From the sequence record SRR2962707_2058: a DNA stretch of 33,804 bases; one strand, 5' to 3'. A model generated the notes under the pieces. That model was given only the letters and a program-made list of their open reading frames with translations. It made no database searches and was not told the origin of the DNA. Below, piece by piece: positions 1 to 9,077 of the stretch. The first letter of the stretch is position 1. Each line of letters opens with the position of its first letter. The position numbers were made by a program, and so were the translations under genes.

Positions 1-813
1 GAAATAATGGCGGATCGTCACGCCCATCAAGAACACCAGCGCTGCAATAATCCAATTATACTCAGTGCCAAATGCCAATGGGTAGTGGTTCGACAGCATC
101 AAGAAAAGGACTGGCAAGGTCAGATAATTATTATGCGTCGAGCGCAATTTTGCGATTCGGCCATACTCAGGGTCTGGCGTGCGCCCTGCTTGAAGGTCAG
201 CCACCACAATTTTTTGGTTCGGGATAATCGTAAAGAACACATTGGCCGACATAATTGTCGCCGTGAAAGCACCAAGGTGCAGCATCATGGCGCGGCCTGT
301 GAATATTTGATTATAGCCCCAGCCCATCACCACTAAGAGGCAAAACAGCAAAAGCATCAATATTGTCGGGTAATGGCCAAGTTTTGATTTGCACAAATTG
401 TCATAGACAATCCAGCCAATTGTCAGGGAGCCTGCGGAGATAGCAATGGCCTGCCAGAGCTGTAAATCAGCTTTTGTCCGATCGATAAGGAAAAGTTCGC
501 CGCCAGCCCAATAGACAATCATCAACAAAGCAAAGCCGGATACCCACGTCATATAGGCTTCCCACTTAAACCACGTTAGGTGCTCAGGCATCCTTTCGGG
601 CGCGACGAGATATTTTTGCATGTGATAAAAACCGCCGCCATGCACTTGCCACTCTTCGCCATAAGCACCTTTAGGCAATGCTGGATTTTGGCGCAGGCCT
701 AGATCAAGCGCCACAAAGTAGAACGATGACCCTATCCAAGCGATTGCAGTGATAACGTGTAGCCAGCGCACAGCGAACGCCAGCCAATCCCAAGCAATTG
801 CAAATTCGTACAC
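1..813 (-). CDS. puuD: Urate hydroxylase / membrane urate oxidase PuuD (3'-truncated by the window edge)
   Basis: Not in the ORF track because it runs off the edge. Manual translation from GTG at 813 (AGGAGAG RBS upstream) gives MYEFAIAWDWLAFAVRWLHVITAIAWIGSSFYF...EEWQVHGGGFYHMQKY...HLTWFKWEAY...RSTHNNYLTLPVLFLMLSNHYP, which are PuuD-family motifs. It lies next to uraH. The C-terminal cytochrome c domain would be outside the window. Confidence 0.92.
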   Translation of the reverse strand, partial: MYEFAIAWDWLAFAVRWLHVITAIAWIGSSFYFVALDLGLRQNPALPKGAYGEEWQVHGGGFYHMQKYLVAPERMPEHLTWFKWEAYMTWVSGFALLMIVYWAGGELFLIDRTKADLQLWQAIAISAGSLTIGWIVYDNLCKSKLGHYPTILMLLLFCLLVVMGWGYNQIFTGRAMMLHLGAFTATIMSANVFFTIIPNQKIVVADLQAGRTPDPEYGRIAKLRSTHNNYLTLPVLFLMLSNHYPLAFGTEYNWIIAALVFLMGVTIRHYF

Positions 814-904
814 TTTTCTCTCCTATGCGGATGCCCCTAATAATTGAAACTTGTCAGACAGTTCCAATCGAGACAATAGGACTTTGTCATCGAACAGACA
901 TTTT

Positions 905-1255
905 TTAGCTGCCGCGATAGGTGGAATAGCTATAAGGCGAGACCAGAAGCGGCACGTGATAATGCTGGTTGGCGTCAGCAATGTTAAAGCGAAGCGGAAT
1001 TGAGCCTAAAAAAGGCTCGGATTGAGCTGGAAAATAATCCGCAGTTTCAAACACAATTTCATACCAGCCTTCTGCAATTGCCGATTTATCGAGCAGCGGC
1101 GCATCTGTTCGCCCATCATCATTGGTCATTGTTTCAACCAACAATGTGCGTTCTTCGCCATTGAGTTGGAACAGTTTGATTTTTATGCCGTTTGCAGGAC
1201 ACCCTTTTGCGGTGTCTAAAACATGCGTGCTGAGCCAGCCTTTTTTATCCGTCAT
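905..1255 (-). CDS. uraH: 5-hydroxyisourate hydrolase (transthyretin-like)
   Basis: LSTHVLD N-terminal motif, HYHVPLLVSPYSYSTYRGS with terminal YRGS. ATG at 1255 follows an AGGAG RBS. Confidence 0.96.
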   Translation of the reverse strand: MTDKKGWLSTHVLDTAKGCPANGIKIKLFQLNGEERTLLVETMTNDDGRTDAPLLDKSAIAEGWYEIVFETADYFPAQSEPFLGSIPLRFNIADANQHYHVPLLVSPYSYSTYRGS

Positions 1256-1387
1256 TTGCAACTCCTTATCTCGCCACTATGGCGCAGTTATTTTATGATG
1301 AGAAGACCAATCGCAACCATTTGCTTTCGCCATTTTTTTGGTAAACAACGGGACGACAGTTTTTTGATCTAAATTAAGGAGAATGGT

Positions 1388-2815
1388 GTGAGCAACAATC
1401 GATATGCGCGCGATATGCGTGGCTATGGCAGCGATGCACCAGATCCGAAATGGCCGGGCGGCGCAAAAATCGCTGTGCAGTTCGTCATCAATTATGAAGA
1501 AGGAGGCGAGAATTGCCTTTTGCATGGCGACGGGCAATCCGAAGCATTTCTATCGGAAATCGTTGGTGCAGCCAATTGGCCCAATCAACGCCATTGGAAT
1601 ATGGAATCAATTTACGAATATGGTTCACGCGCAGGCTTTTGGCGTTTGCACCGACTTTTCACCGCAGCGAAAATTCCCGCAACCATTTATGGCGTTGCGA
1701 CAGCCTTGGCCCGTTCGCCCGATCAAGTGGCTGCTATGCAAGATGCTGATTGGGAAATAGCCTCGCACGGCTATAAGTGGATCGAGTATAAAGATTATTC
1801 GTGGGACGATGAACGCGATCATATGCTCAAAGCGATTGCGCTTCACACAGAAGTAACCGGCGAGCGCCCCCAAGGTTTTTATCTTGGCCGCGCCTCCATG
1901 AACACCGTGCCTTTGTCGGCAAGTGAGGGCGGTTTTACCTATATTTCTGATACCTATTGCGATGATCTGCCTTATTGGATTGAAGTGGAAGATAAGGCGC
2001 AATTGGTCATTCCCTACACGCTTGATTGTAACGACATGCGCTTTGCCGCCACGCAGGGCTTTAACTCTGGCGATCAATTCTACGCCTACTTAAAAGATAC
2101 GTTTGATGTGCTTTATGCCGAAGGACAGGCGGGCAAAGCAAAAATGATGAACATTGGCTTGCATTGCCGCCTCGTTGGTCGCCCGGGCAGGCTAGCCGCC
2201 CTGCAGCGCTTTATCGAATATGCACAAAGCCATGACGATGTCTGGTTCGCCAAACGTATCGATATTGCCAATCATTGGATTGACCAGTTTCCCCACGAGG
2301 CGCCAAAACTTCGCCCATCGACAATGGAAAAAAGCGAATTTGTTTCGGCCTTTGGATCAATTTTTGAGCACTCACCTTGGATTGCAGAACGCGCATTTGA
2401 TCTTGAATTAGGACCAGCCCACGACAGTGCCTATGGGCTGCAAAATGCGCTCGCTCGCATGTTTAGAAGCGCATCGCCTGAAGAAAAACTTGGCGTGCTC
2501 ACCGCGCACCCAGATTTAGCTGGAAAACTTGCTGCTGCAAAGCGTTTGACTGCGGAATCTACCGCTGAGCAGGCATCGGCAGGGCTTGATTCTTTGACGG
2601 CAGAGGAGCATTCAAGGTTCAGCGAGCTTAACGAAAAATATACGGGAAAGTTCGGGTTCCCCTTCATTATCGCTGTGAAGGGCCTAAGCAAAAATGACAT
2701 TCTAAACGCTTTCGAAGCCCGAATTGCTAATAATAAGGAGCAGGAGTTTGACACAGCTTGTCGCCAAGTTGAGAAAATCGCACTGCTTCGTTTGAAAGAT
2801 ATTCTGCCATGCTAG
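1388..2815 (+). CDS. puuE: Allantoinase PuuE fused to C-terminal OHCU decarboxylase (UraD)
   Basis: N-terminal ~305 aa has a polysaccharide-deacetylase-like PuuE domain (NYEEGGE, ESIYEYGSRAG, GLHCRLVGRP). C-terminal ~165 aa has UraD motifs (FEHSPW, AHPDLAG, STAEQASAGL, KFGFPFIIAV). GTG start with AGGAG RBS. Confidence 0.95.
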   Translation: MSNNRYARDMRGYGSDAPDPKWPGGAKIAVQFVINYEEGGENCLLHGDGQSEAFLSEIVGAANWPNQRHWNMESIYEYGSRAGFWRLHRLFTAAKIPATIYGVATALARSPDQVAAMQDADWEIASHGYKWIEYKDYSWDDERDHMLKAIALHTEVTGERPQGFYLGRASMNTVPLSASEGGFTYISDTYCDDLPYWIEVEDKAQLVIPYTLDCNDMRFAATQGFNSGDQFYAYLKDTFDVLYAEGQAGKAKMMNIGLHCRLVGRPGRLAALQRFIEYAQSHDDVWFAKRIDIANHWIDQFPHEAPKLRPSTMEKSEFVSAFGSIFEHSPWIAERAFDLELGPAHDSAYGLQNALARMFRSASPEEKLGVLTAHPDLAGKLAAAKRLTAESTAEQASAGLDSLTAEEHSRFSELNEKYTGKFGFPFIIAVKGLSKNDILNAFEARIANNKEQEFDTACRQVEKIALLRLKDILPC

Positions 2816-3657
2816 ACAAAAATAAACAGGTTTCGAATTTTTATGCGCACCACGGCAATTTGCCTGCGCAAACAGAACTCATGACTGGCCGTGCCGTTTT
2901 TACTGAAGCTTATGCGGTTATTCCAAAAGGCGTTATGAGCAACATCGTGACATCCTTTTTGCCCCATTGGGACAAAACAAAGGCATGGATGATTGCACGT
3001 CCGCTTTCAGGTTTCGCTGAAACATTTTCCCATTACATTATGGATGTTGAACCCGGCGGCGGCTCTCAAGCGCCCGAACCTGACGAAGGCGCAGAAGGCG
3101 TTCTTTTCGTTGTTGGTGGTGAGATAAAATTGGAACTCGGCGGCCAAACCCATAATATGGTTGTTGGCGGTTATGCGTTTATTCCTGCGGGCGCAAAGTG
3201 GACGCTTGCAAACGAAGGCAAAGAAACTGCCAAGTTTCATTGGATCCGCAAACTTTATGAAGCGGTTGACGGCATTCCTGCGCCAGCACCTATTGTTCTC
3301 AATGAAAATGACGTGGAAGCTGACATTATGCCGGGCACAAACGGCACTTGGTCAACAACGCGTTTTAGGGACCCTGCTGATTTAAGCCATGATATGGCTG
3401 TAACAATCGTCAACTTTGAACCAGGCGGCTGTATTCCGTTTGAAGAAACCCATGTGATGGAACATGGTCTTTATGTTCTTGAAGGCAAGGCGGTTTATAA
3501 ACTCAACCGAGATTGGGTTGAAGTTGAAGCAGGCGATTATATGTGGCTACGCGCTTTTTGCCCGCAGGCTGGATATGCTGGCGGACCAAATCGCTTCCGC
3601 TATCTTCTTTATAAAGACATTAATCGCCACGCAAAGCTTGGGCTTTTCGGGCGCTAA
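2809..3657 (+). CDS. allE: Bicupin (S)-ureidoglycine aminohydrolase / allantoicase (AllE/YlbA family)
   Basis: RAVFTEAYAVIP, ETHVMEHGLYVLEG, FCPQA and YLLYKDINRH motifs; overlaps the puuE stop by 7 nt. Confidence 0.9.
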   Translation: MLDKNKQVSNFYAHHGNLPAQTELMTGRAVFTEAYAVIPKGVMSNIVTSFLPHWDKTKAWMIARPLSGFAETFSHYIMDVEPGGGSQAPEPDEGAEGVLFVVGGEIKLELGGQTHNMVVGGYAFIPAGAKWTLANEGKETAKFHWIRKLYEAVDGIPAPAPIVLNENDVEADIMPGTNGTWSTTRFRDPADLSHDMAVTIVNFEPGGCIPFEETHVMEHGLYVLEGKAVYKLNRDWVEVEAGDYMWLRAFCPQAGYAGGPNRFRYLLYKDINRHAKLGLFGR

Positions 3658-4139
3658 TCGACAATAAACGGGACATCAAAATGGTGGAGGGCAAGATTGT
3701 CCTCCTCACCGGCGCGATCAACGACAATAAAGTCAGCTGGTTCATTGAGCGTTGTGAGAACACCGTGCCAAACATTGCGGCTGAAATTTATGCCTTGGCC
3801 TGCGCGTGTTAAAAATGCGCGCGGATTGACCGGCGTCCCGTCCTTATCTTCACAAACAAAAACCAAGAATGGCTGGTTTGATAAGGGGTAGAACGCTTGG
3901 CTCCCAAAGGGGTGGCGTTCGACCATGGAAACAGTCAGCGGCAGTTTCACAGGCTGAGCGGAAAATATATTGATGATCGCACGCGCCTCGGTGCCTGTTG
4001 TCTCAACAGTTGCTAGATCATGATAGCGCTCACAGGTACCCGCATTAATCGGAAACGAAATTGCACCCTCTTTTTGAATGACTTGCCCGAATGCGGCAAA
4101 GCCTTCGGCAGTTAAAGGCTCAGTTTTGATTGCATTCAT
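3654..4139 (-). CDS. allA: Ureidoglycolate lyase
   Basis: PLTAEGFAAFGQVI, INAGTCERYHDLA, ERHPFGSQAF, WHGVL, VVDR. ATG at 4139 follows a GGAG RBS. Confidence 0.93.
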   Translation of the reverse strand: MNAIKTEPLTAEGFAAFGQVIQKEGAISFPINAGTCERYHDLATVETTGTEARAIINIFSAQPVKLPLTVSMVERHPFGSQAFYPLSNQPFLVFVCEDKDGTPVNPRAFLTRAGQGINFSRNVWHGVLTTLNEPADFIVVDRAGEEDNLALHHFDVPFIVD

Positions 4140-4196
4140 TAATCGGCTCCACATTATAAATTAGATTGCTCGGTTCGCGTTGTACGCCTGCAAATT

Positions 4197-4241
4197 CAAA
4201 CCATATGGTTCAACTTCCGAAATTTATATCCATTTGGTCAA
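4197..4241. promoter_or_regulatory. Two candidate RutR-like operators in the allA/xdhA divergent region
   Basis: CAAACCA-TA-TGGTTCA (4197-4212, containing the perfect palindrome AACCATATGGTT) and ATATCCA-TT-TGGTCAA (4226-4241), compared with the RutR consensus TTGACCA-NN-TGGTCAA. Confidence 0.55.
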
Positions 4242-4315
4242 AAAATAGAAGTTTTTTAAGATTGGGGTATTTACGAAAAGACACGGAAGGGGGAAGCTCA
4301 CAAGATCATTAGGAG

Positions 4316-5785
4316 ATGAATGTGTCGTACCGTGAAGAAATTCGATTTATACTCAATGGCCAAGATGTTGTTCTAAACAACGTAGAGGCAAGCCAGACAC
4401 TCTTAGATTATTTGCGCTTGGGCCGCCAGCTTACGGGCACGAAAGAGGGCTGCGCTGAAGGCGATTGTGGCGCTTGTACTGTGCTTATCGGTCGGCTGCA
4501 TGACGGCGCACTTCGCTACGAAACGGTCAATGCCTGTATACGCTTCTTAGCTTCAATTGATGGCTGCCAAATTGTGACCGTCGAAAGTCTTTCCAAGTCA
4601 GATGGTCCGCTGCATCCGGTGCAACAAGCGATGGTCGATTTTCATGGAAGCCAGTGCGGTTTTTGCACACCAGGCTTTGTAATGTCCCTTTATGCGTTGT
4701 GGATGGAAATACCCGAGCCAACAGAGACACAAGTTGAATCAGCCCTTCAGGGCAATCTATGCCGCTGCACGGGTTATGAACCGATCATTCGCGCAGCTTT
4801 GGCGATAAATTCCTACGGCAGTCCCGTTGCTGACATTTTGAACGTTGAACGCGAGAAAACAATTAAGCGCCTTAAAAAATTACGCGATGGAAAACGCGTT
4901 GTTGTTGGCCCCGACGATAACCGCGTTATCATTCCCGCCGATGTTGATGATCTCGCGGTTGTCTTTGTTAAAGAGCCGGACGCAACGATCATCGCGGGTG
5001 CGACAGATGTTGGCCTTTGGGTGACGAAATTTATGCGCCCCATCAGCCCCGCCATTTTTATCGGTCATTTGGAAGGTTTAAAGAACATCAAAGAAGGCGC
5101 AAAGGCGCTCGAAATCGGTGCAGGCGTCTCCTATTCAGACTGTCAGGATGTGATGGGCAAAGCCTTTCCGCATCTTGCGACCTATTGGGATCGTATTGCT
5201 GGATGGCAAGTGCGCAATATGGGAACAGTTGGCGGTAATATCGCCAATGGATCGCCAATCGGCGACACGCCGCCTGTGCTCATTGCGCTCGGCGCGACAA
5301 TCAAAATGCGTAAGGGCAAGGTGCAACGCGATGTGTTGCTCGAAGATTTCTTTATCGACTATGGCAAGCAAGATCGCGCCAAGTCTGAATTTGTCGAATC
5401 CATTACGATTCCCTATCCGGTAAAAGGCCAGCGCGACGCGGCCTATAAGATTTCAAAACGCCGTGATGAAGACATCTCCTCTGTAGCCGCGGGGATTAGC
5501 GTAACAGTTGAGAGCGGTGTGATCACCGATTGCCGGATCGCATTTGGCGGTATGGCAGCAACGCCAAAACGTGCTGCCAAAGCCGAAGCATCCTTGCGCG
5601 GGAAAAAGTGGAGCAAGGAAGCCTTCGCCGCTGCTTCAAAAGCGCTTTCAGAGGACTTCAAGCCCTTATCAGATTGGCGCGCATCATCTGAATACCGCAT
5701 GACTGTGGCAAGCAATTTGCTAACGCGGTTTTTCCTAGAAAATGATGAAGCCAGTGTCGCGCCCGCGCGGCTAGAACAGGCGTAA
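4316..5785 (+). CDS. xdhA: Xanthine dehydrogenase small subunit (2x[2Fe-2S] + FAD)
   Basis: GTKEGCAEGDCGACT, QCGFCTPG, GNLCRCTGY, AGATDVGLWVTK, YKISKRRDEDIS. The start may instead be GTG at 4322 given RBS spacing. Confidence 0.96.
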   Translation: MNVSYREEIRFILNGQDVVLNNVEASQTLLDYLRLGRQLTGTKEGCAEGDCGACTVLIGRLHDGALRYETVNACIRFLASIDGCQIVTVESLSKSDGPLHPVQQAMVDFHGSQCGFCTPGFVMSLYALWMEIPEPTETQVESALQGNLCRCTGYEPIIRAALAINSYGSPVADILNVEREKTIKRLKKLRDGKRVVVGPDDNRVIIPADVDDLAVVFVKEPDATIIAGATDVGLWVTKFMRPISPAIFIGHLEGLKNIKEGAKALEIGAGVSYSDCQDVMGKAFPHLATYWDRIAGWQVRNMGTVGGNIANGSPIGDTPPVLIALGATIKMRKGKVQRDVLLEDFFIDYGKQDRAKSEFVESITIPYPVKGQRDAAYKISKRRDEDISSVAAGISVTVESGVITDCRIAFGGMAATPKRAAKAEASLRGKKWSKEAFAAASKALSEDFKPLSDWRASSEYRMTVASNLLTRFFLENDEASVAPARLEQA

Positions 5786-5796
5786 GGAGAAAGATC

Positions 5797-8115
5797 ATGA
5801 CCTTTAATGTAAAAATCTCCGGCGCTGTACATTCAGATCGTCAACACGATAGCGCCCATAAGCACGTCGCAGGCAGCGCGGAATACACCGATGATATCGT
5901 TGAGCCTCGTGGCACGCTTCACGCCTATCTAGGCGTTGCTGATGTTGCCCATGCCAATATCAAATCGATGGACCTTTCCAAAGTATTGGCGGCTCCCGGT
6001 GTCATAGGCGTTTTGACGGCAGACGATATTCCAGGTGCAAATGATATAAGCCCGTCCGGCAAAAATGATGAGCCTGTCTTTCCTACTGAAAAAGTTCAGT
6101 TCCACGGCCAACCGCTGTTTGCGGTGGTTGCCGAAACGAGAGATTTAGCCCGCCGTGCTGCTGAACTGGCAGTGATGGACTATGAGATTTTGCCTCACGC
6201 CGTTGATGTTGTCGCGGCTCAAGAAGCCGATTATCCCTATGTCACCGATCCGCTGAAATTAGAGCGCGGTGACGTAAGCCAAGGTTTTGATTCAGCATCG
6301 CATCGCATCATCGGCCGCATGGTTGTTGGCGGCCAAGACCATATGTATCTGGAAGGCCAAATTGCTTTTGCCATTCCAGGTGAAGACGATGAAATGATTA
6401 TGCATGTGTCAACGCAGCACCCGAGCGAAGCACAGCACATGGTTGCCCATGTTTTAGGTGTGCCATCAAACGCAATTACAGTGAATGTTCGGCGTATGGG
6501 TGGCGGATTTGGCGGCAAAGAAAGCCAGATGAACCTGTTTTGCGCGGTATCGGCGATTGCTGCCAAAAAATGGAAACGGCCCGTTAAAATCCGTCCCGAC
6601 CGCGATCAAGATATGACTGCGACAGGCAAGCGCCATGATTTTGTGATTGATTATGACGTTGCCTTCGACGATGAGGGAAAAATTCAAGCTGTTGACGGTA
6701 TTTATGCCGCGCGCTGCGGGTTTTCTTCGGACCTTTCAGGCCCCGTGACAGACCGCGCGCTTTTCCACGCCGATAATGCATATTATTACCCGAATGTACG
6801 CCTCGTCAGTAAGCCGATGAAAACCAATACCGTATCCAATACGGCGTTTCGGGGGTTTGGCGGTCCACAGGGATTGATCGCCGCTGAGCGCATAATTGAA
6901 GAGATTGCTTTTGAGCTGGGCAAAGATCCGCTCGACATTCGAAAAGCAAATTTCTACGGCGGCGAAGGGCGCACTCTCACACCTTACCACCAAGAGGTGA
7001 CGGATAATATTATTGATCGTGTGGTTGATGAACTTGAAGAAAGCGCAGACTACCGCGCGCGCCGCGCTGCGATAAAAGAGTTCAACGAAACATCGCCAAT
7101 TATCAAAAAGGGCATTGCACTCACGCCGGTCAAATTCGGCATTTCGTTTACCGCCACTTGGTACAATCAGGCCGGTGCGCTGATCCATATTTATAGCGAC
7201 GGTTCAATCCACCTCAATCATGGTGGCACGGAGATGGGCCAAGGATTGAACACCAAGGTGGCGCAAGTCGTAGCCGAAGCATTTCAGGTGGATTTCGAGC
7301 GCATCAAAATCACCAAAACCACAACGGAAAAAGTGCCCAACACATCGGCAACTGCCGCATCATCGGGTTCAGACCTTAACGGTATGGCAGCGCTGAATGC
7401 TGCTGAAACATTGAAAGAGCGTCTGGTCGAGTTTGCCGTATCAAAGTGGAATGTGACGCCTGATCAAGTGCTGTTTTTGCCCAACATGGTGCAGATCGGC
7501 GATAAGCAGATGACCTTTAATGCGTTCATCAAGCAGGCCTATATGGACCGCGTTCAGCTGTCGGCCACAGGTTTTTATAAAACGCCGGACATTCATTGGA
7601 ACCGTGAAACGGGCAAGGGCAAACCATTTTACTATTTCGCCTATGGCGCAGCCTGCTGCGAAGTCACCATTGATACACTGACCGGTGAATACCGCGTTGA
7701 TCAGGCTGATATTCTCCACGATGTGGGCAAATCGCTTAATCCGATTTTGGATAAAGGCCAAGTTGAAGGCGCCTTTATTCAGGGCATGGGCTGGCTCACG
7801 ACTGAGGAATTATGGTGGGACGATAAAGGTCGCTTGCGCACCCATGCGCCATCGACCTATAAAATCCCGCTGGCGTCTGACAGACCGCGCAAATTTAATG
7901 TCAAATTAGCTGATTGGTCAGAAAACCGCGAATTGACAATCAAGCGTTCAAAAGCTGTTGGCGAGCCGCCATTTATGTTGGCGGTAGCGGTGTTTGAAGC
8001 GCTTTCAATGGCTGTGTCGAGTGTTGCAGATTATAAAATCTGTCCGAAGCTTGATGCACCTGCGACGCCGGAATGTATTTTGATGGCGGTAGAGCGTTTG
8101 AAATCGACGCTTTAA
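5797..8115 (+). CDS. xdhB: Xanthine dehydrogenase molybdopterin-binding subunit
   Basis: HDSAHKHVAG, RRMGGGFGGKES, AFRGFGGPQG, HGGTEMGQG, SKAVGEPP (catalytic Glu). Confidence 0.97.
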   Translation: MTFNVKISGAVHSDRQHDSAHKHVAGSAEYTDDIVEPRGTLHAYLGVADVAHANIKSMDLSKVLAAPGVIGVLTADDIPGANDISPSGKNDEPVFPTEKVQFHGQPLFAVVAETRDLARRAAELAVMDYEILPHAVDVVAAQEADYPYVTDPLKLERGDVSQGFDSASHRIIGRMVVGGQDHMYLEGQIAFAIPGEDDEMIMHVSTQHPSEAQHMVAHVLGVPSNAITVNVRRMGGGFGGKESQMNLFCAVSAIAAKKWKRPVKIRPDRDQDMTATGKRHDFVIDYDVAFDDEGKIQAVDGIYAARCGFSSDLSGPVTDRALFHADNAYYYPNVRLVSKPMKTNTVSNTAFRGFGGPQGLIAAERIIEEIAFELGKDPLDIRKANFYGGEGRTLTPYHQEVTDNIIDRVVDELEESADYRARRAAIKEFNETSPIIKKGIALTPVKFGISFTATWYNQAGALIHIYSDGSIHLNHGGTEMGQGLNTKVAQVVAEAFQVDFERIKITKTTTEKVPNTSATAASSGSDLNGMAALNAAETLKERLVEFAVSKWNVTPDQVLFLPNMVQIGDKQMTFNAFIKQAYMDRVQLSATGFYKTPDIHWNRETGKGKPFYYFAYGAACCEVTIDTLTGEYRVDQADILHDVGKSLNPILDKGQVEGAFIQGMGWLTTEELWWDDKGRLRTHAPSTYKIPLASDRPRKFNVKLADWSENRELTIKRSKAVGEPPFMLAVAVFEALSMAVSSVADYKICPKLDAPATPECILMAVERLKSTL

Positions 8116-8117
8116 AA

Positions 8118-8918
8118 ATGACAGCTAGCAGTCAAAGCCTTAGTGCCTTTTTTGCAAAGCAAAAGGCGGTGATCCATGTTTTCCTGAGCAAAGTTGCTGG
8201 TTCTTCGCCGCGCGAACAGGGCGCAGAAATGTTAGTGTCCGACGGTGCCCTTTGGGGAACCATCGGCGGCGGTCAGCTTGAATTTATCGCCATTGATAAA
8301 GCGCGACAGATGCTCATTTCAGGCGAAGAGAAAGCTGTGATGGATGTGCAGCTTGGCCCTGAAATAAATCAATGCTGCGGCGGGCGTGTGGATGTCACTT
8401 TTAGCAAAGTTGACGAAGCTGCGATGGCGATGTTGCTGCATCACGAGAGTGAAAAACAAAAGGCACAGCCGCATATCTACATTTTTGGCGCGGGGCATGT
8501 AGGCCGAGCCTTGGCCGATTTTCTGCAATATTTGCCAGTTCATGCCGTTTTAATCGATGGGCGTGATGATGAATTGGCGCGCTGCAACGCCAATGTCGAA
8601 AAGCGTCTAAGCGCATTACCCGAAGCCGATGTGAGCAGAGCGCCAAGCGGCAGCGCATTTGTCGTTGCCACGCACGATCATAATCTCGATTTTTCCATAA
8701 GTGCGGCCGCATTATCGCGCCAAGACGCACACTATGTCGGCATGATTGGTTCAAAAACCAAACGCGCAAAGTTCAAACATTGGTGCGCAAAGAGCGAACC
8801 GACATTAGATGCTGATGAACTCATCTGCCCAATTGGCGCAAGTGCGGTCAAAGACAAAAGACCAAGCATCATCGCTGCGCTTGTAACCGCAGAATTAATG
8901 ACAAAAATCTCTTTATGA
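8118..8918 (+). CDS. xdhC: Xanthine dehydrogenase accessory protein XdhC
   Basis: GSSPRE, GTIGGGQLE, QCCGG, FGAGHVG, THDH, GMIGSKTK. ATG at 8118 lies 2 nt after the xdhB stop. Confidence 0.94.
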   Translation: MTASSQSLSAFFAKQKAVIHVFLSKVAGSSPREQGAEMLVSDGALWGTIGGGQLEFIAIDKARQMLISGEEKAVMDVQLGPEINQCCGGRVDVTFSKVDEAAMAMLLHHESEKQKAQPHIYIFGAGHVGRALADFLQYLPVHAVLIDGRDDELARCNANVEKRLSALPEADVSRAPSGSAFVVATHDHNLDFSISAAALSRQDAHYVGMIGSKTKRAKFKHWCAKSEPTLDADELICPIGASAVKDKRPSIIAALVTAELMTKISL

Positions 8919-8941
8919 AGCTATCGTCGCCACTATCAAGC

Positions 8942-8963
8942 TGATATAACCATTTTTATATCA
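8942..8963. promoter_or_regulatory. Perfect inverted repeat, candidate operator upstream of the arabinose/galactose operon
   Basis: TGATATAA-CCATTT-TTATATCA, with further TATATC half-sites at 8971-8976 and 9003-9008. Confidence 0.5.
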
Positions 8964-9077
8964 TTTACGGTATATCTATGCCCAAATTATATATTTTACA
9001 GTTATATCGCACCACGCTAGAAATTGCCCTCTGGGATCAATAATAGTAAAATTGTCTTATTTGGGAGAGTGAAATCT

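Noticed and set aside
7-336. 109-aa plus-strand ORF
   Set aside because: It is the antisense shadow of puuD, which has clear family motifs on the minus strand.
1277-1537. 86-aa minus-strand ORF upstream of uraH
   Set aside because: It overlaps puuE antisense and has no recognisable features.
8073-8117. Longer upstream starts in the ORF track (xdhC 8073, araD 9024, dehydrogenase 10787, SDR 19062, xylF 26965)
   Set aside because: Downstream ATGs have better RBS spacing or stop-start coupling and match the expected family N-termini.
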